64,000 nt of DNA from Bacillales bacterium. Its GTDB lineage: Bacteria > Bacillota_I > Bacilli_A > RFN20 > CAG-449. The notes beneath the pieces are model-generated. The model had not been told where the DNA came from. It made no database searches and was given only the letters and a program-made list of their open reading frames with translations. Made by a program: the position numbers and the translations under genes. Below, piece after piece: positions 10,963 through 21,841 of this stretch. How positions within the stretch are numbered: the stretch's first letter is position 1; each line of letters opens with the position of its first letter. The stretch is from positions 35,902 through 99,901 of the forward strand of contig JAQXGN010000020.1 in the NCBI GenBank assembly GCA_029006735.1, written 5' to 3'.

Positions 10963-11093
10963 TTATCATCACCACATATAGTGTTCCAATAATTTAAAAC
11001 TATATTCTTTAATGACAATTTAGATTGCACAAAAAAACGAGTGATATATGAACTAATTAATACAATATAATCAACTCGTTTATTTATTAAAAA

Positions 11094-11486
11094 TTACATT
11101 ACCAATGCTTTTTCTAATATTTGCCAGAGGAATACAAAGAAGCAAATAACGCTTACTATAGTAACTCCAGCAGTAACAGAAGCAATTATGATCCAACCTT
11201 TCTTAGAAATACGTTTTCTATTCTCCCATCTATCTTTACTCCAGAAGTGTTGCTTTTATTTGCACTAAAAACTAAATATTGTTTCTCTAGAAGTTAAATT
11301 ATCTTTTCCCCTATAAAGAATATGGGCATGAATATACCAATTAATTGGATTTTTTCGGGCAAAACACAAATAGTCCCAAGATAATTTCTCACCAAAATTA
11401 GTATCTATTTCTTTTTTATTATGTAGTTCTTCTTCAGTCATATTAGCCCATAACATCATATCTATTATCAATCTTTCCATGCACAT
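11094..11486 (-). pseudogene. disrupted small membrane-anchored protein gene (two in-frame stops)
   Basis: The 73-aa track ORF (11265..11486) ends at TAG, and a TAA follows two codons later. The same frame then continues into a coherent TM segment (KDRWENRKRISKKGWIIIASVTAGVTIVSVICFFVFLWQILEKALV). No independent start codon exists for that segment. Confidence 0.3.
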
Positions 11487-11542
11487 ATATAACTAATTAT
11501 TTCATAAATCTCTTCCTCAAAATAGACTATCTTATTCTTAAA

Positions 11543-13495
11543 TTAGTCAAATATTCGAGTATAACGATATGATACATTACTAATCGCCTCATTTATTCTA
11601 TCAATATTAGAGATAATATAAGTTGGCCCTTTAGTTCTAGTAATACCAGTATAAATAATTTGTCTATTTAACAAAGGATGTCCACTTTTATTAGGAAGAA
11701 CTACTAATATATTATTATAGCCTGATCCTTGTGACTTATGGATTGTAATAGCATATGCATATATAGTCTTATTTAAGTTCAATAAGCGTAAAGGATATAA
11801 TAAATATTTTCCTTTTTTCAACACTTTATCTGCAACTTTTTCCGAATCAAGTGGATATAAATCTGATGATTTTGCGATAAGTAAATATAAAATATTACTA
11901 TTATTTAAAGATATGATAATACCCGTATCACCATTATCTAAATCTAGGGATCTATCATTTTCTGTAATCATTAATGGAATACCTGGATAAAAGTTATTAT
12001 AAGAAGAATTTTTATTTAAAATAACTTTATTTTTAATAACTTTATTAATATTTTCTACTCCATATTTACCCAAGTTTTCCGCGCATAATACACGTGCTTC
12101 ATCAATATTTTTGTAGATGATATCTAATTCATTTTCATCAAAAGAAACGTTATTACACATGCTTTCATATTGCTTATAAAAATGTTCTCCCCATTCTTCA
12201 ATAATATCTTCATAAGATTTTTGAGAATCTTTTCTTTCTTCATAATAAAAAACTGGATAACTATTTTGCTGACGAATTATTTTTTCTTCCTTAGTTTCAT
12301 TTACTAAAGGAATCAATCTTTGTCTAATCTTAAATTCATCAAAAGATTTAAAAGAAATGTTTTCTAATGTATTACCAGAATTAACATCCATTGATAATTT
12401 AAACACATCAGAACCTTCAACAAAACGATGTGATTTTGTTAACTCTACAATGTTATTTTTTAATCTATCATAACTTAATAAATCCGCAAGAACCGCTCCA
12501 CATTCTACTGATGGTAATTGGTGTTTATCCCCTAAAATAAAGACTCTTGCCCCTTTAGGGATTGCTTTTAATAAATCATCAAAAATACAAATATCAATCA
12601 TACTTGCTTCATCAATAATAAAAATGGAATTGGTTGGAAAAGGATTCTTTTCATTATGAAAAAATCCATTGGTAGTATAATCATTTTCTAACAATTTATG
12701 AATTGTATATTTTTTAACATTTCTTAGTCTTTCTATCTCTTTTACATAACCAAGTTGATTAGGATTTTTCTTTATAAACTCGCTTATTTCTCCATCGATA
12801 CTTTCTTTAATTCGAGAAGAAGCTTTTCCACTAGGCGCGGTTAAATAAATATTATAATGACTATGCGCCTTTAATAAGGCTAATAAAAGATAGAATACTG
12901 CCGTAGTTTTTCCAGTACCTGGACCACCACATAAAATTAAATTTTTATTAATACCCTTATTAATAAATTCTTCTTGAGCAGAAGAAACACTATTCCATAT
13001 ACTTCTTACATTAAAATCAATTTCAATATCGTCATAATAAGAAATGAATAATCTTTCCATTGATTCTTTTATACCTTCTTTAGCGTTAAAGTATTTTCTT
13101 GCATAAAGAAAATTATTATGGATATAAAATAATTTATTTTCTCCAACAACATTATTAAGAAATGCTAATTTTTCAATATTTTTCAAAGCTTTTTCTCCAC
13201 ATTCATATATGGAAGAAACTGCCTTTACTATATTATTCTTTTCCTCTTCTTTTTCAACTCCAGAAGATAATAAAATGATATTTCCTTCACATTTACTCTT
13301 CCACTCTTTTATTAATAATTCTTCATCTAAAGGCATACAAGAAGATCCACTACTAATAAAAGTAAAATACAAGGAAAAAATTTTTAATGTTTCATCATCC
13401 ATCAATGGTTTTAAGATAATTTTTGAAAGGTATTCCCATACTGGAGTAATAAAACGATATTCGATTAAATCTTTTAAAAACTCATCATTATTCAT
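11543..13495 (-). CDS. recD: RecD-type 5'-3' DNA helicase (exodeoxyribonuclease V alpha-like)
   Basis: Walker A LILCGGPGTGKTTAV and Walker B IFIIDEASMID, with a C-terminal UvrD_C_2-like region. It is the last gene of a three-gene operon. Confidence 0.8.
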   Translation of the reverse strand: MNNDEFLKDLIEYRFITPVWEYLSKIILKPLMDDETLKIFSLYFTFISSGSSCMPLDEELLIKEWKSKCEGNIILLSSGVEKEEEKNNIVKAVSSIYECGEKALKNIEKLAFLNNVVGENKLFYIHNNFLYARKYFNAKEGIKESMERLFISYYDDIEIDFNVRSIWNSVSSAQEEFINKGINKNLILCGGPGTGKTTAVFYLLLALLKAHSHYNIYLTAPSGKASSRIKESIDGEISEFIKKNPNQLGYVKEIERLRNVKKYTIHKLLENDYTTNGFFHNEKNPFPTNSIFIIDEASMIDICIFDDLLKAIPKGARVFILGDKHQLPSVECGAVLADLLSYDRLKNNIVELTKSHRFVEGSDVFKLSMDVNSGNTLENISFKSFDEFKIRQRLIPLVNETKEEKIIRQQNSYPVFYYEERKDSQKSYEDIIEEWGEHFYKQYESMCNNVSFDENELDIIYKNIDEARVLCAENLGKYGVENINKVIKNKVILNKNSSYNNFYPGIPLMITENDRSLDLDNGDTGIIISLNNSNILYLLIAKSSDLYPLDSEKVADKVLKKGKYLLYPLRLLNLNKTIYAYAITIHKSQGSGYNNILVVLPNKSGHPLLNRQIIYTGITRTKGPTYIISNIDRINEAISNVSYRYTRIFD

Positions 13496-16400
13496 CTAGT
13501 TTCCCTCCTTTTATTCCTCCGCGTAAAACCACTTTCATAATCCCATCAAACTCTTTCTTTAAATCAGAGTAACTATTCCACGTTTGAGCATATATTCCAT
13601 TAGGTGTATCTTTTTTACATCCTCTAATAAAGACATAAAAAATACCTCCAAAGTGCTTATCAAACACTTCTTCTAATGTAGGTTCTAATTTACAATTATA
13701 AAGATAATTAACTAAAGTATAAGCGTATAAGACTCTTTGAATTGAATAATGACCATCAACGCGTTTTTTTAAGTCATTTAAGTTATTATAACTTAATAAA
13801 TCATCATCATTTAATGTATCGGACTTCCAGTCTAAAATACAATAATAATCTCCTCGCTTAAATAATAAGTCAATAAACCCATTACAATAATTTGATAATT
13901 GTATTTCTTCTAAAGCAAAATTAAATTCTGCTTCTGCTTTTTTATTTTTACTATCGATTTCCTTTAATTTAAACGTGTTATTTATGTCAATATTACATCC
14001 TTTAATCACTGGAAAAATCGCATTTAAAACATCTTTTACCATATTTACTACATATTCTTCAAATACTGGATTATCTGGGATATTATTAACTTTAAATCTT
14101 GTTTGAATAAGTGAAGATAAATGGTTATCTTCTTTATCAATATCAGTAAATTCAAAATTTTCAAATACTTCATGTAAAGTAGTTCCAATAAGCGCGCCTT
14201 TTGGAAATTGATCTGGAATAATTGATGGTTTTATATCACTATAATTCATATTTGCGGATAAACTAGATTTATCAAATCCATATAACACTTCTTCTAATAG
14301 ATTACCTTCTTTATTGTAATTAAGATTACCATCAATAATATCATTACTCTCTTCTTTTATCTTCGACATAGAAGCATATGAATGTTTAAATAAACTATGT
14401 TTATTCATATTATCCGCGATATTTTTTAATATGTTTAATTGAGTTATTTTTTCTTCTTCTACATAGTTATCTATAGATGCATTTTTTTGAATAATTTTCT
14501 TAATATCTTTTTTAATCTTTTCAAAATCAAGATCTTTTTCATTAAACAATACTAAATCATATAATGATTTATTCTCTTCCATAGAGATAAATTGTTTTAC
14601 ACTATTAACAACAGAAATATCCTTATTTTCCTTATAATAAGGCAGTACTAAAAGATATCTAGGTCTAGTATTCGCGACATAAAATAATCGATCCAATTCT
14701 ACGCTTTTTTCACTTTTATAATCTTTATCATCCATTGTGATAAAAGATTTAGTTATTTTTCCATTTTCAGTCTCTAGTTCTTTATGATAAATACCTACTT
14801 TAGATACGCTTTTTGGAAATCCTTTTTCTCCTCCAACAATAAATACAATCGCTCTATCAAGACCTTTAGACGCATGCATTGTCATTAAATCAACACAATC
14901 AAAATCAGTTCCTTTTGCAACTGTCGTTTTTTTATCTTCATTATCTCCATCACTATCACCCTTATTTAAAGTAGATAGGTTATTTTTTAATTCAACAAGT
15001 GAATTTCCGGCGAGTAAATAATCTAATGAATAATCACCAATTTGTTTAAAAACACTTAATGATTGAATATCATTTAAAGAAGTCATTCTTTGTTCAATTT
15101 TTGAGTCCGTTAAAATTGAATTTATCAATTCTATGAAACGATATGAATTAGCCAAATCTTTCCACTTTAAGATTAATTCCATCTCTTTAGAAGAATCTGT
15201 ATCATAATAAGGACTTGATATCTCTTTTAATGATTTTCCAAAGAATTTAGTGAATAACGCTTTACGGAAAGCATTACGATTTCTACCTGTAAAATCAGGT
15301 TGTAATATCGCATTTAATAAAGCAATCCAATGAGAACATTCTATTCCATTAAACAATTTCGAATCATTATATTTAACATAAGGAATACCTGAATGTTTTA
15401 ATTCATATTCAATAGAATAGAATTCACTTCGAGTTCTTGCCAAAATCATGAAGTCTTTAAAAGAAACATTTCTAGATTCCCCATCTTTATCATAAACCTG
15501 TAATCTAGTTTTACCTTCATCATTAAAAGAACAATATTCTGTAATCATTTTTACTATCGCACCAGCATAATCAAATGGAGTAATTGGGATTATATCATTT
15601 GTATCTTTAGTTCTAGAAGCAACAACTTTAATACCTTTAATACTTTGACCATCAAATTTAGCATCTAATTTATCTAATCCAACACCTACTTGATTAACAT
15701 AATCTAATGATTGATAACTATCCATTTGGAATAGTTTATTATAACCAGAAATCACCGCTTTAGAAGAACGATAATTATTAGGTAAAATCATAGAGAGTCC
15801 ACCTTTTTCAATAATAGATTTTACTGCTGAATCATATACAGTTAAATCTGCTCCTTGGAAAGAATAAATTGATTGTTTTCGATCACCAACAACAATAATA
15901 TGATTATCATTAGTATCTAAAAAAATCGCTTTAAAAATATCCCATTGAAGTTGATTAGTATCTTGGAATTCATCAATTAAAGCATATTTATATTTTTTTC
16001 TTAATTTTTCTTTTAATCCACTCCCATTATAAATTGCTTCACGTACTTCTCTTAACATATCAGAGAAAGAACACCATTTATAATGACTTTTTTCTTCTTG
16101 CCATTTTTTATATAATTCAAGCGATATTTCTTCTAATGATTCGATTGAATCCTCTTTTTTTAAACTATCGATAAAATTCTTTAAATCTTTAACTTTTCTT
16201 CCTGTTATTGAATAATTAATAATGCCTTCACTAGAAATATATTCGTATAAAGAATTCCATAATTGATCAACTTGTTCAAAATATTTTTTGTCATTTTTAT
16301 TCATTTCCATTTTTCTTAAATAAGTTTCACTTTCTTTATCAAAAATAGAAAATACTTCTCTAATTTCTTCGGATAATTTTAAATCATTTGGATCATTATA

Positions 16401-16973
16401 ATTTATAAAGAAATCAAGAACTTCTTTTTCACTTTTTCCAATTAAAGTAGATACTGCTATATTTAATCTCATAATCGGATCAATCAAAGAAACTATTTCT
16501 TCATTAAGATTTTCATTAGAATCTAAGTATATCAAATTTACTATTTTTTCAATATTACCAATGTCACTAGAAAAATCTATTCTCTTATTATAAAAATAAT
16601 CTCTAATAAGTCTACTAGAAAGATCTTTCATCTTTGTATCATCTACAACAGTTGTACTAAAAGGCAATCCCATAGTTAAATAAAACTCAGAAATTGTATC
16701 TTTACAAAAAGAATGAATCGTCCCAATATGTGATGCATCAATATTGAAACCTTTAACATCTTTTTTAATACGATCTTTCAATTCACCTGCAGCTTTTTCT
16801 GTATAAGTAACGATTAATAACTCATCTTCTTTAATTCCATATTCACGAAGCTTTTTTACGATATTGACAATAGAAAAAGTCTTTCCTGTACCAGCAGAGG
16901 CAGAAATAGAATAATTTTTATTAAAGATGAATTTTTCAATATCAAATATATTACTTTCTTCAATATTTCCCAT
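13488..16973 (-). CDS. recB: RecB-type helicase-nuclease (UvrD-like SF1 helicase with C-terminal PD-(D/E)xK nuclease)
   Basis: Motif I SASAGTGKTFSI is nearly identical to E. coli RecB EASAGTGKTFTI. The C-terminal nuclease motif GFIDLLFKRGDYYCILDWKSD matches the RecB GxIDLVF...DYKS pattern. Confidence 0.85.
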   Translation of the reverse strand: MGNIEESNIFDIEKFIFNKNYSISASAGTGKTFSIVNIVKKLREYGIKEDELLIVTYTEKAAGELKDRIKKDVKGFNIDASHIGTIHSFCKDTISEFYLTMGLPFSTTVVDDTKMKDLSSRLIRDYFYNKRIDFSSDIGNIEKIVNLIYLDSNENLNEEIVSLIDPIMRLNIAVSTLIGKSEKEVLDFFINYNDPNDLKLSEEIREVFSIFDKESETYLRKMEMNKNDKKYFEQVDQLWNSLYEYISSEGIINYSITGRKVKDLKNFIDSLKKEDSIESLEEISLELYKKWQEEKSHYKWCSFSDMLREVREAIYNGSGLKEKLRKKYKYALIDEFQDTNQLQWDIFKAIFLDTNDNHIIVVGDRKQSIYSFQGADLTVYDSAVKSIIEKGGLSMILPNNYRSSKAVISGYNKLFQMDSYQSLDYVNQVGVGLDKLDAKFDGQSIKGIKVVASRTKDTNDIIPITPFDYAGAIVKMITEYCSFNDEGKTRLQVYDKDGESRNVSFKDFMILARTRSEFYSIEYELKHSGIPYVKYNDSKLFNGIECSHWIALLNAILQPDFTGRNRNAFRKALFTKFFGKSLKEISSPYYDTDSSKEMELILKWKDLANSYRFIELINSILTDSKIEQRMTSLNDIQSLSVFKQIGDYSLDYLLAGNSLVELKNNLSTLNKGDSDGDNEDKKTTVAKGTDFDCVDLMTMHASKGLDRAIVFIVGGEKGFPKSVSKVGIYHKELETENGKITKSFITMDDKDYKSEKSVELDRLFYVANTRPRYLLVLPYYKENKDISVVNSVKQFISMEENKSLYDLVLFNEKDLDFEKIKKDIKKIIQKNASIDNYVEEEKITQLNILKNIADNMNKHSLFKHSYASMSKIKEESNDIIDGNLNYNKEGNLLEEVLYGFDKSSLSANMNYSDIKPSIIPDQFPKGALIGTTLHEVFENFEFTDIDKEDNHLSSLIQTRFKVNNIPDNPVFEEYVVNMVKDVLNAIFPVIKGCNIDINNTFKLKEIDSKNKKAEAEFNFALEEIQLSNYCNGFIDLLFKRGDYYCILDWKSDTLNDDDLLSYNNLNDLKKRVDGHYSIQRVLYAYTLVNYLYNCKLEPTLEEVFDKHFGGIFYVFIRGCKKDTPNGIYAQTWNSYSDLKKEFDGIMKVVLRGGIKGGKLDE

Positions 16974-16979
16974 AATCTA

Positions 16980-19784
16980 TTACTCCTGTTTATCTTTAAT
17001 AAATAGAACATTCTCATAATAAAATTCGATGAGTTCTTTTCGTAAAGTACTACTTTCTAAAGATGAATTAGAATCATAATTATTCTTATCATAACCTGCA
17101 GATTCTCTTAAATTAATAATTCCTTTATCCTCATAATATTTCCATGAATTAGAAGAAGAACTCTTAATCAATTCATCAAAAGTATCTTTTTTTAAGACAT
17201 CAAAGCTTCTATATCTCACATCATTATAATCAAACATTTTTAAATATAAACGATTTAAGATTTTTACTGCATCTAATTTACTAACAATGAAATCTCTTTT
17301 CGTCTTATCACTATATCCTAATACAACAGTATATTCATGATTATCTTTGTATTTAGCAATATACGCTAAAGCAATAATGTATAATTCTACATACGATTCT
17401 AAATCATTTTTCCCCAATTTTTTTACTTTGGCATAGTTAAAAATAAGTTTAAATGGGTCGTCATCTTCTTTACTTATCACATATTTCCTATTACAACTAA
17501 GTACCCAATTTACTTCTTTAGAATCAATAATTGTTGATAATTCTAATTCAAATGGTTGTTCTAAAGATAAAAAAGTTCCCAAAGAATTATAATACTCCAT
17601 AGTATTTTCAATTAATTCTTCGATTTGTTCTTCTTTTAAACAATATGGGTAAGCATGCATCAATTTATACTTTTCAATAATTGAATTGATTGTTTCTTCA
17701 GATAATGAATTTGTCCTATAATCAATCATTTTTAATAATAAATCTTCTTTAATACTCGATTCAATCAATCTAGAAAGGCTTAATGGTTCATATTCATCAT
17801 TAGAAATAGAAGAAAAATCGTCATAACATTTAAATAATCTATCCATTTTAAACAACAAATTCTCGTTAATTGAACTAGCAATATCTTTATGCTTAACACT
17901 TGTTGGATAATCCATTTCAAAATAAGTAGTGACTTCCTTATCTTCTTCTTGAGTATTATTACTACTTTGAGAAGAGACTAATCCAATATTATATTCTTTC
18001 TTTTCCATTTCTCTATTAGTAAATAATTCTTCGTATTTTCTATTTTCTAATAATCCGAGTTTTTTAATATTTTTTTCTTCCATATTAATAAATTCACAAG
18101 GCTTAAATTCTTCTAAAGATTTAAGATTAATATTTGTATATGTCGCGCATATATAAGAAGCATTATTTGTCAATTTAATAAATACATCTCTATCAATATC
18201 TGACGCCAATTCAATATTCTCTCTTAAATCTAATTCATCTTTAATGTTCTTTCTTGGTAAATTATTATTTGACATACCAAGTAAAAACATATATTTAGAA
18301 GCAATAATATTATCTTCCTCATAATTGATAAAAGTAACGCCACGAGAAATCATATTTGAAGGAAGAACCGAAATACTTTTTGCTCCATTAATCATCGATA
18401 AAAAGACAATTTCAAAAGGAGTATCAATTTGTTTTTCAATCAAATTATTTAGTGCTTTTAATGCGGCATTATAATAAAAATTTGGTTCTGTTTCTGAATA
18501 AATTAGCCATTTATTTAATTCTATTTTTAACTCTTCTAAATCTCCACTATTATACATTTTTTTATTGCCAAATTTATTTCTAAATTCTCTAATATCATCA
18601 ATTATACTAGCAAAAAGAGTAATAGTATTTTCATCTAGAGAAATACTACCAAAAGGAAGATAATCTTCATTAGAAATACTTACCTTATTTTCTATATTAT
18701 ATGCATTACCAACTAACTTAGATAATAATACTCTTTTTAATCCATACAACCATTCATCTGACATAATATTATCTCGATAAACATTCATTTTATCAATTGC
18801 ATCAACGATAGGAGCAATCTCAGAATTATCAAATTTTCTTGCTTTTTGAATGTCACTATTAGTTAATAGTTTAATTAAATCCATTCTTGTAAACTGTTCT
18901 TTATATAATACATCATATAAAATATTTATCGCCAGAGCAGCATTAGATAATATAGAAGAACTATTTAAAATAACATAAGGAATTTCTGGGTAATTATTAT
19001 CTCCCCCATTAGAAAAGACCTTTTTAATCGTTGTCTCATACTCATCTAGATTAGGAGCGTATACACAAATATCATATACTTTCTCATCTTTATTCTTTAA
19101 TATTTTACAAATCTCACCATGAATATATTCAATTTCTCGTTCTTTAGAAGAGCATGAGCATGCATCGTTAATAGTTTTTGCTATTTTACTATCTTGAATA
19201 TAAATTATTGCATTAATTCTTTCTAGTTCGTTTAATATATGATTTTGGATTTTTCTAAAGCCAAATACAAATACTTTTCCCACTTTCTTTGGATTAAGTT
19301 TAATAACATCCGATAAAAATACATATTTAGGATTTTTCTTTTTAATTGCATCTAAAAGCTTACCCTCTTCATTATTTGGAGTAAATCCTTCTTCATCGTA
19401 TAAAATATATATTCTTGCTAAATTATTTGCTAAATCAAATAAATTAATATTATTAAGTTCATTATTTTTAGTTATATATTTATTAAAATCCGGATAATCA
19501 TTTCTATTTTCAAGTAATTCTTTTAGAATCAATAAAGAGAGGTTTTCCCTAGTAAATAGTACTTTATCATTATTAAAAACTTCATTTAAAAAAGATCTTA
19601 ATCTTTTGAATTGTACATTTAATAATACCGAGTTAGACTTTCTAAGCCAATATGTTTTAATATATTGTTCTAATAATAAATTTGGTACAACGATGGTATA
19701 TGTTTCAAAAGGATTAATTCTATTTTTTATTTCATTAATTATTTCATCTATAAGTGAATTTAAATCGTTCTTTTTAATAATCAT
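16980..19784 (-). CDS. recC: RecC-like subunit (inactivated helicase/nuclease scaffold)
   Basis: First gene of the operon, 934 aa. The N-terminus (PFETYTIVVPNLLLEQYIKTYW) resembles the RecC N-terminus. There is no Walker A and no Fe-S Cys cluster, which argues against AddB. Confidence 0.55.
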   Translation of the reverse strand: MIIKKNDLNSLIDEIINEIKNRINPFETYTIVVPNLLLEQYIKTYWLRKSNSVLLNVQFKRLRSFLNEVFNNDKVLFTRENLSLLILKELLENRNDYPDFNKYITKNNELNNINLFDLANNLARIYILYDEEGFTPNNEEGKLLDAIKKKNPKYVFLSDVIKLNPKKVGKVFVFGFRKIQNHILNELERINAIIYIQDSKIAKTINDACSCSSKEREIEYIHGEICKILKNKDEKVYDICVYAPNLDEYETTIKKVFSNGGDNNYPEIPYVILNSSSILSNAALAINILYDVLYKEQFTRMDLIKLLTNSDIQKARKFDNSEIAPIVDAIDKMNVYRDNIMSDEWLYGLKRVLLSKLVGNAYNIENKVSISNEDYLPFGSISLDENTITLFASIIDDIREFRNKFGNKKMYNSGDLEELKIELNKWLIYSETEPNFYYNAALKALNNLIEKQIDTPFEIVFLSMINGAKSISVLPSNMISRGVTFINYEEDNIIASKYMFLLGMSNNNLPRKNIKDELDLRENIELASDIDRDVFIKLTNNASYICATYTNINLKSLEEFKPCEFINMEEKNIKKLGLLENRKYEELFTNREMEKKEYNIGLVSSQSSNNTQEEDKEVTTYFEMDYPTSVKHKDIASSINENLLFKMDRLFKCYDDFSSISNDEYEPLSLSRLIESSIKEDLLLKMIDYRTNSLSEETINSIIEKYKLMHAYPYCLKEEQIEELIENTMEYYNSLGTFLSLEQPFELELSTIIDSKEVNWVLSCNRKYVISKEDDDPFKLIFNYAKVKKLGKNDLESYVELYIIALAYIAKYKDNHEYTVVLGYSDKTKRDFIVSKLDAVKILNRLYLKMFDYNDVRYRSFDVLKKDTFDELIKSSSSNSWKYYEDKGIINLRESAGYDKNNYDSNSSLESSTLRKELIEFYYENVLFIKDKQE

Positions 19785-20113
19785 ACCTAAACACCATTAT
19801 TTTTTCTTTAAAATAAAAAAGGAATTATTAATTCCTATTTTATCATATTTTAATATTATTCTAAAAGATATTTACATTAATAGAAGAAACTAATATAACA
19901 TGTTACTTGAAAAAGTAGCATCATATTTTTTTGACACAAATGTTACAACTAAATAATTATAAAACAATATATCAACCGATAAAAAAACAGCAAAAAAATT
20001 ATTGACAATTACAAAGCAATTTTTTTGTTAAGAAGAGCAATTTTCTATTAATATTTTATATAAACTTTTTTTGAATTGAGAAATTATCTATATAAAACAG
20101 GATCTTTTATTAA

Positions 20114-20405
20114 TCATTCTTTAATATTCGTATCTAATTTCGCAATAGATCACTCTTTTAATATTAAATTACCAATATCATATCGTTCATCATCAATAAC
20201 TGCAAAATATATTGTAATATCAATATTGGGATGTTGATTAATAAAAGAGTTACATGCTTTTAAAGCTACTCTCCAGTTTTTTCCCTATCAATACCGATGA
20301 TACAAATGCATTTGTTACACCTAACAATTGTGCTAAATTACCCAAATTTTCTTCATTATCAATCATAAGTTTTCTAATTGATTTACCAAATCATGTATAA
20401 CCCAT
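20114..20405 (-). pseudogene. XRE-family HTH regulator remnant with an in-frame TGA after codon 4 and downstream decay
   Basis: Own translation: MGYT*FGKSIRKLMIDNEENLGNLAQLLGVTNAFVSSVLIGKKLESSFKSM*. The second part has a typical XRE helix-turn-helix. Coordinates are approximate. Confidence 0.4.
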
Positions 20406-20622
20406 ATTCTACGCTCCTTTAATTATGTAATTTTTATGTAGAATATTACTCTACGTATATATTGAACCATTTTAAATGCTTTGTTAACATATCATCAATT
20501 ATTTTTTACCTTTGGGGTTTATTCACTTAGGTTAGGTAGGTGTAATCAATAAAAAAAAGATGCTATATCTATTTTATACAACATCTTGATTTTCTCAAAT
20601 TCAATAGAAAAATGAGAGCAAG

Positions 20623-21672
20623 TTACAATTTAATTATGTAGAATGAATTCTTTCCTGAACCACCTTTTACGAGTTTTCCTTCTTCCACCATTTTAGCTAA
20701 TACTTTTTCAATTGAACTTAATGATAATAATGGACATAATTCTGCTACATCTGATTTAGTTACTTTACCTAGTTTCATATCTAGAGCTTTTTTAACTGTA
20801 TCATATGCACTAAGTTTTTTAGTTACCATCTCAACTCTACTTTCAAAATCATCATAAGCCATTGATATTATGCTTAATAAATAATTTACAAATGGTGTTT
20901 GATCATCATTTTCTTCATGCCAACCTATTTGTGAATCATATAATGCATCGTAATATAAATCTTTAAGCTTAGATATTTTCAATTCAAGCGATATATATTT
21001 TCCGACATAATATCCTGAACGATATAATAAAAGAGTTGTAAGTAGTCTAGACATTCTTCCATTGCCATCATTAAATGGATGAATGCATAAAAAATCATGA
21101 ATAAATATTGGAATTAAAATTAATGGGTCAACTTCTTTTAGCTCAATAGCTCTATTGTATTCATCACATAATGCTTGTATAGCCATCGGAGTTTCAAATG
21201 GAGATATCGGAGTAAATAAAGTAAATGAATTACCTTTTTCATCAGTGGCACTTATATAATTCTGAACATTTTTAAATTTACCACCATATGATACTTCATC
21301 ATTTTTGCTACAAAGAATTTGATGCAATTGCAATATGTAATTTGGAGTTAATGGGATATGTTCAAAACTTTCATGAATTGTATTTAAAGCATCTCTATAT
21401 CCAGCTATTTCTTTTTCACTTCTATTCTTAGGCGTTGTCTTTTCATTAACGATTTTTTTTAATCTTGTATCAGTAGTTCTTATACCCTCAATAGCATTAC
21501 TTGATTTAGTACTTTGAATCTTAGCAAGTTCAACTAACTTATCTAATTCTTTTGGTTTTTGAGCTAAATATAGTTCTTGTCTTCCTTTAGATTCATGAAT
21601 ATGTGCAATTTTATTAATAATTGAAGAATCCCACACTTTATTTTTTAAATTAGAATAATCAAATTTTCTCAT
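20623..21672 (-). CDS. Fic family protein, class II (intramolecular inhibitory motif), C-terminal winged-helix-like domain
   Basis: Fic motif HPFNDGNGRMSRLL, with the inhibitory SxxxEG motif (SNAIEG) N-terminal to it. The likely start is MRKFDYS (21670-21672) with RBS GAGAAAAGAG. The track N-terminal extension looks non-coding. Confidence 0.85.
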   Translation of the reverse strand: MRKFDYSNLKNKVWDSSIINKIAHIHESKGRQELYLAQKPKELDKLVELAKIQSTKSSNAIEGIRTTDTRLKKIVNEKTTPKNRSEKEIAGYRDALNTIHESFEHIPLTPNYILQLHQILCSKNDEVSYGGKFKNVQNYISATDEKGNSFTLFTPISPFETPMAIQALCDEYNRAIELKEVDPLILIPIFIHDFLCIHPFNDGNGRMSRLLTTLLLYRSGYYVGKYISLELKISKLKDLYYDALYDSQIGWHEENDDQTPFVNYLLSIISMAYDDFESRVEMVTKKLSAYDTVKKALDMKLGKVTKSDVAELCPLLSLSSIEKVLAKMVEEGKLVKGGSGKNSFYIIKL

Positions 21673-21708
21673 AATTTTAACTCTTTTCTCGTAAATTATA
21701 TACAAAAA

Positions 21709-21740
21709 TGAGAGAATAATCAATAAATTGAGAGAATAAT
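21709..21740. promoter_or_regulatory. two direct repeats TGAGAGAATAAT spaced 20 nt start-to-start, upstream of the Fic start
   Basis: Copies at about 21709-21720 and 21729-21740, 30-60 nt upstream of the Fic ATG. Confidence 0.3.
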
Positions 21741-21841
21741 TATTATACAATATAACTTTCAACCTCTTTAGAGTGTGAATATTTTATTACTTGGTTCATA
21801 GACGTCAGCTACAGCATAAGAAAACTGATGAATCTATTCTC

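Noticed and set aside
10963-11093. Hairpin AAACGAGT...ACTCGTTT followed by a T-run on the minus strand
   Set aside because: The loop is about 31 nt, too large for a convincing intrinsic terminator. Could be weak or fortuitous.
13209-13499. 96-aa plus-strand ORF
   Set aside because: Antisense to recD.
19606-19893. 95-aa plus-strand ORF
   Set aside because: Antisense to the recC start.
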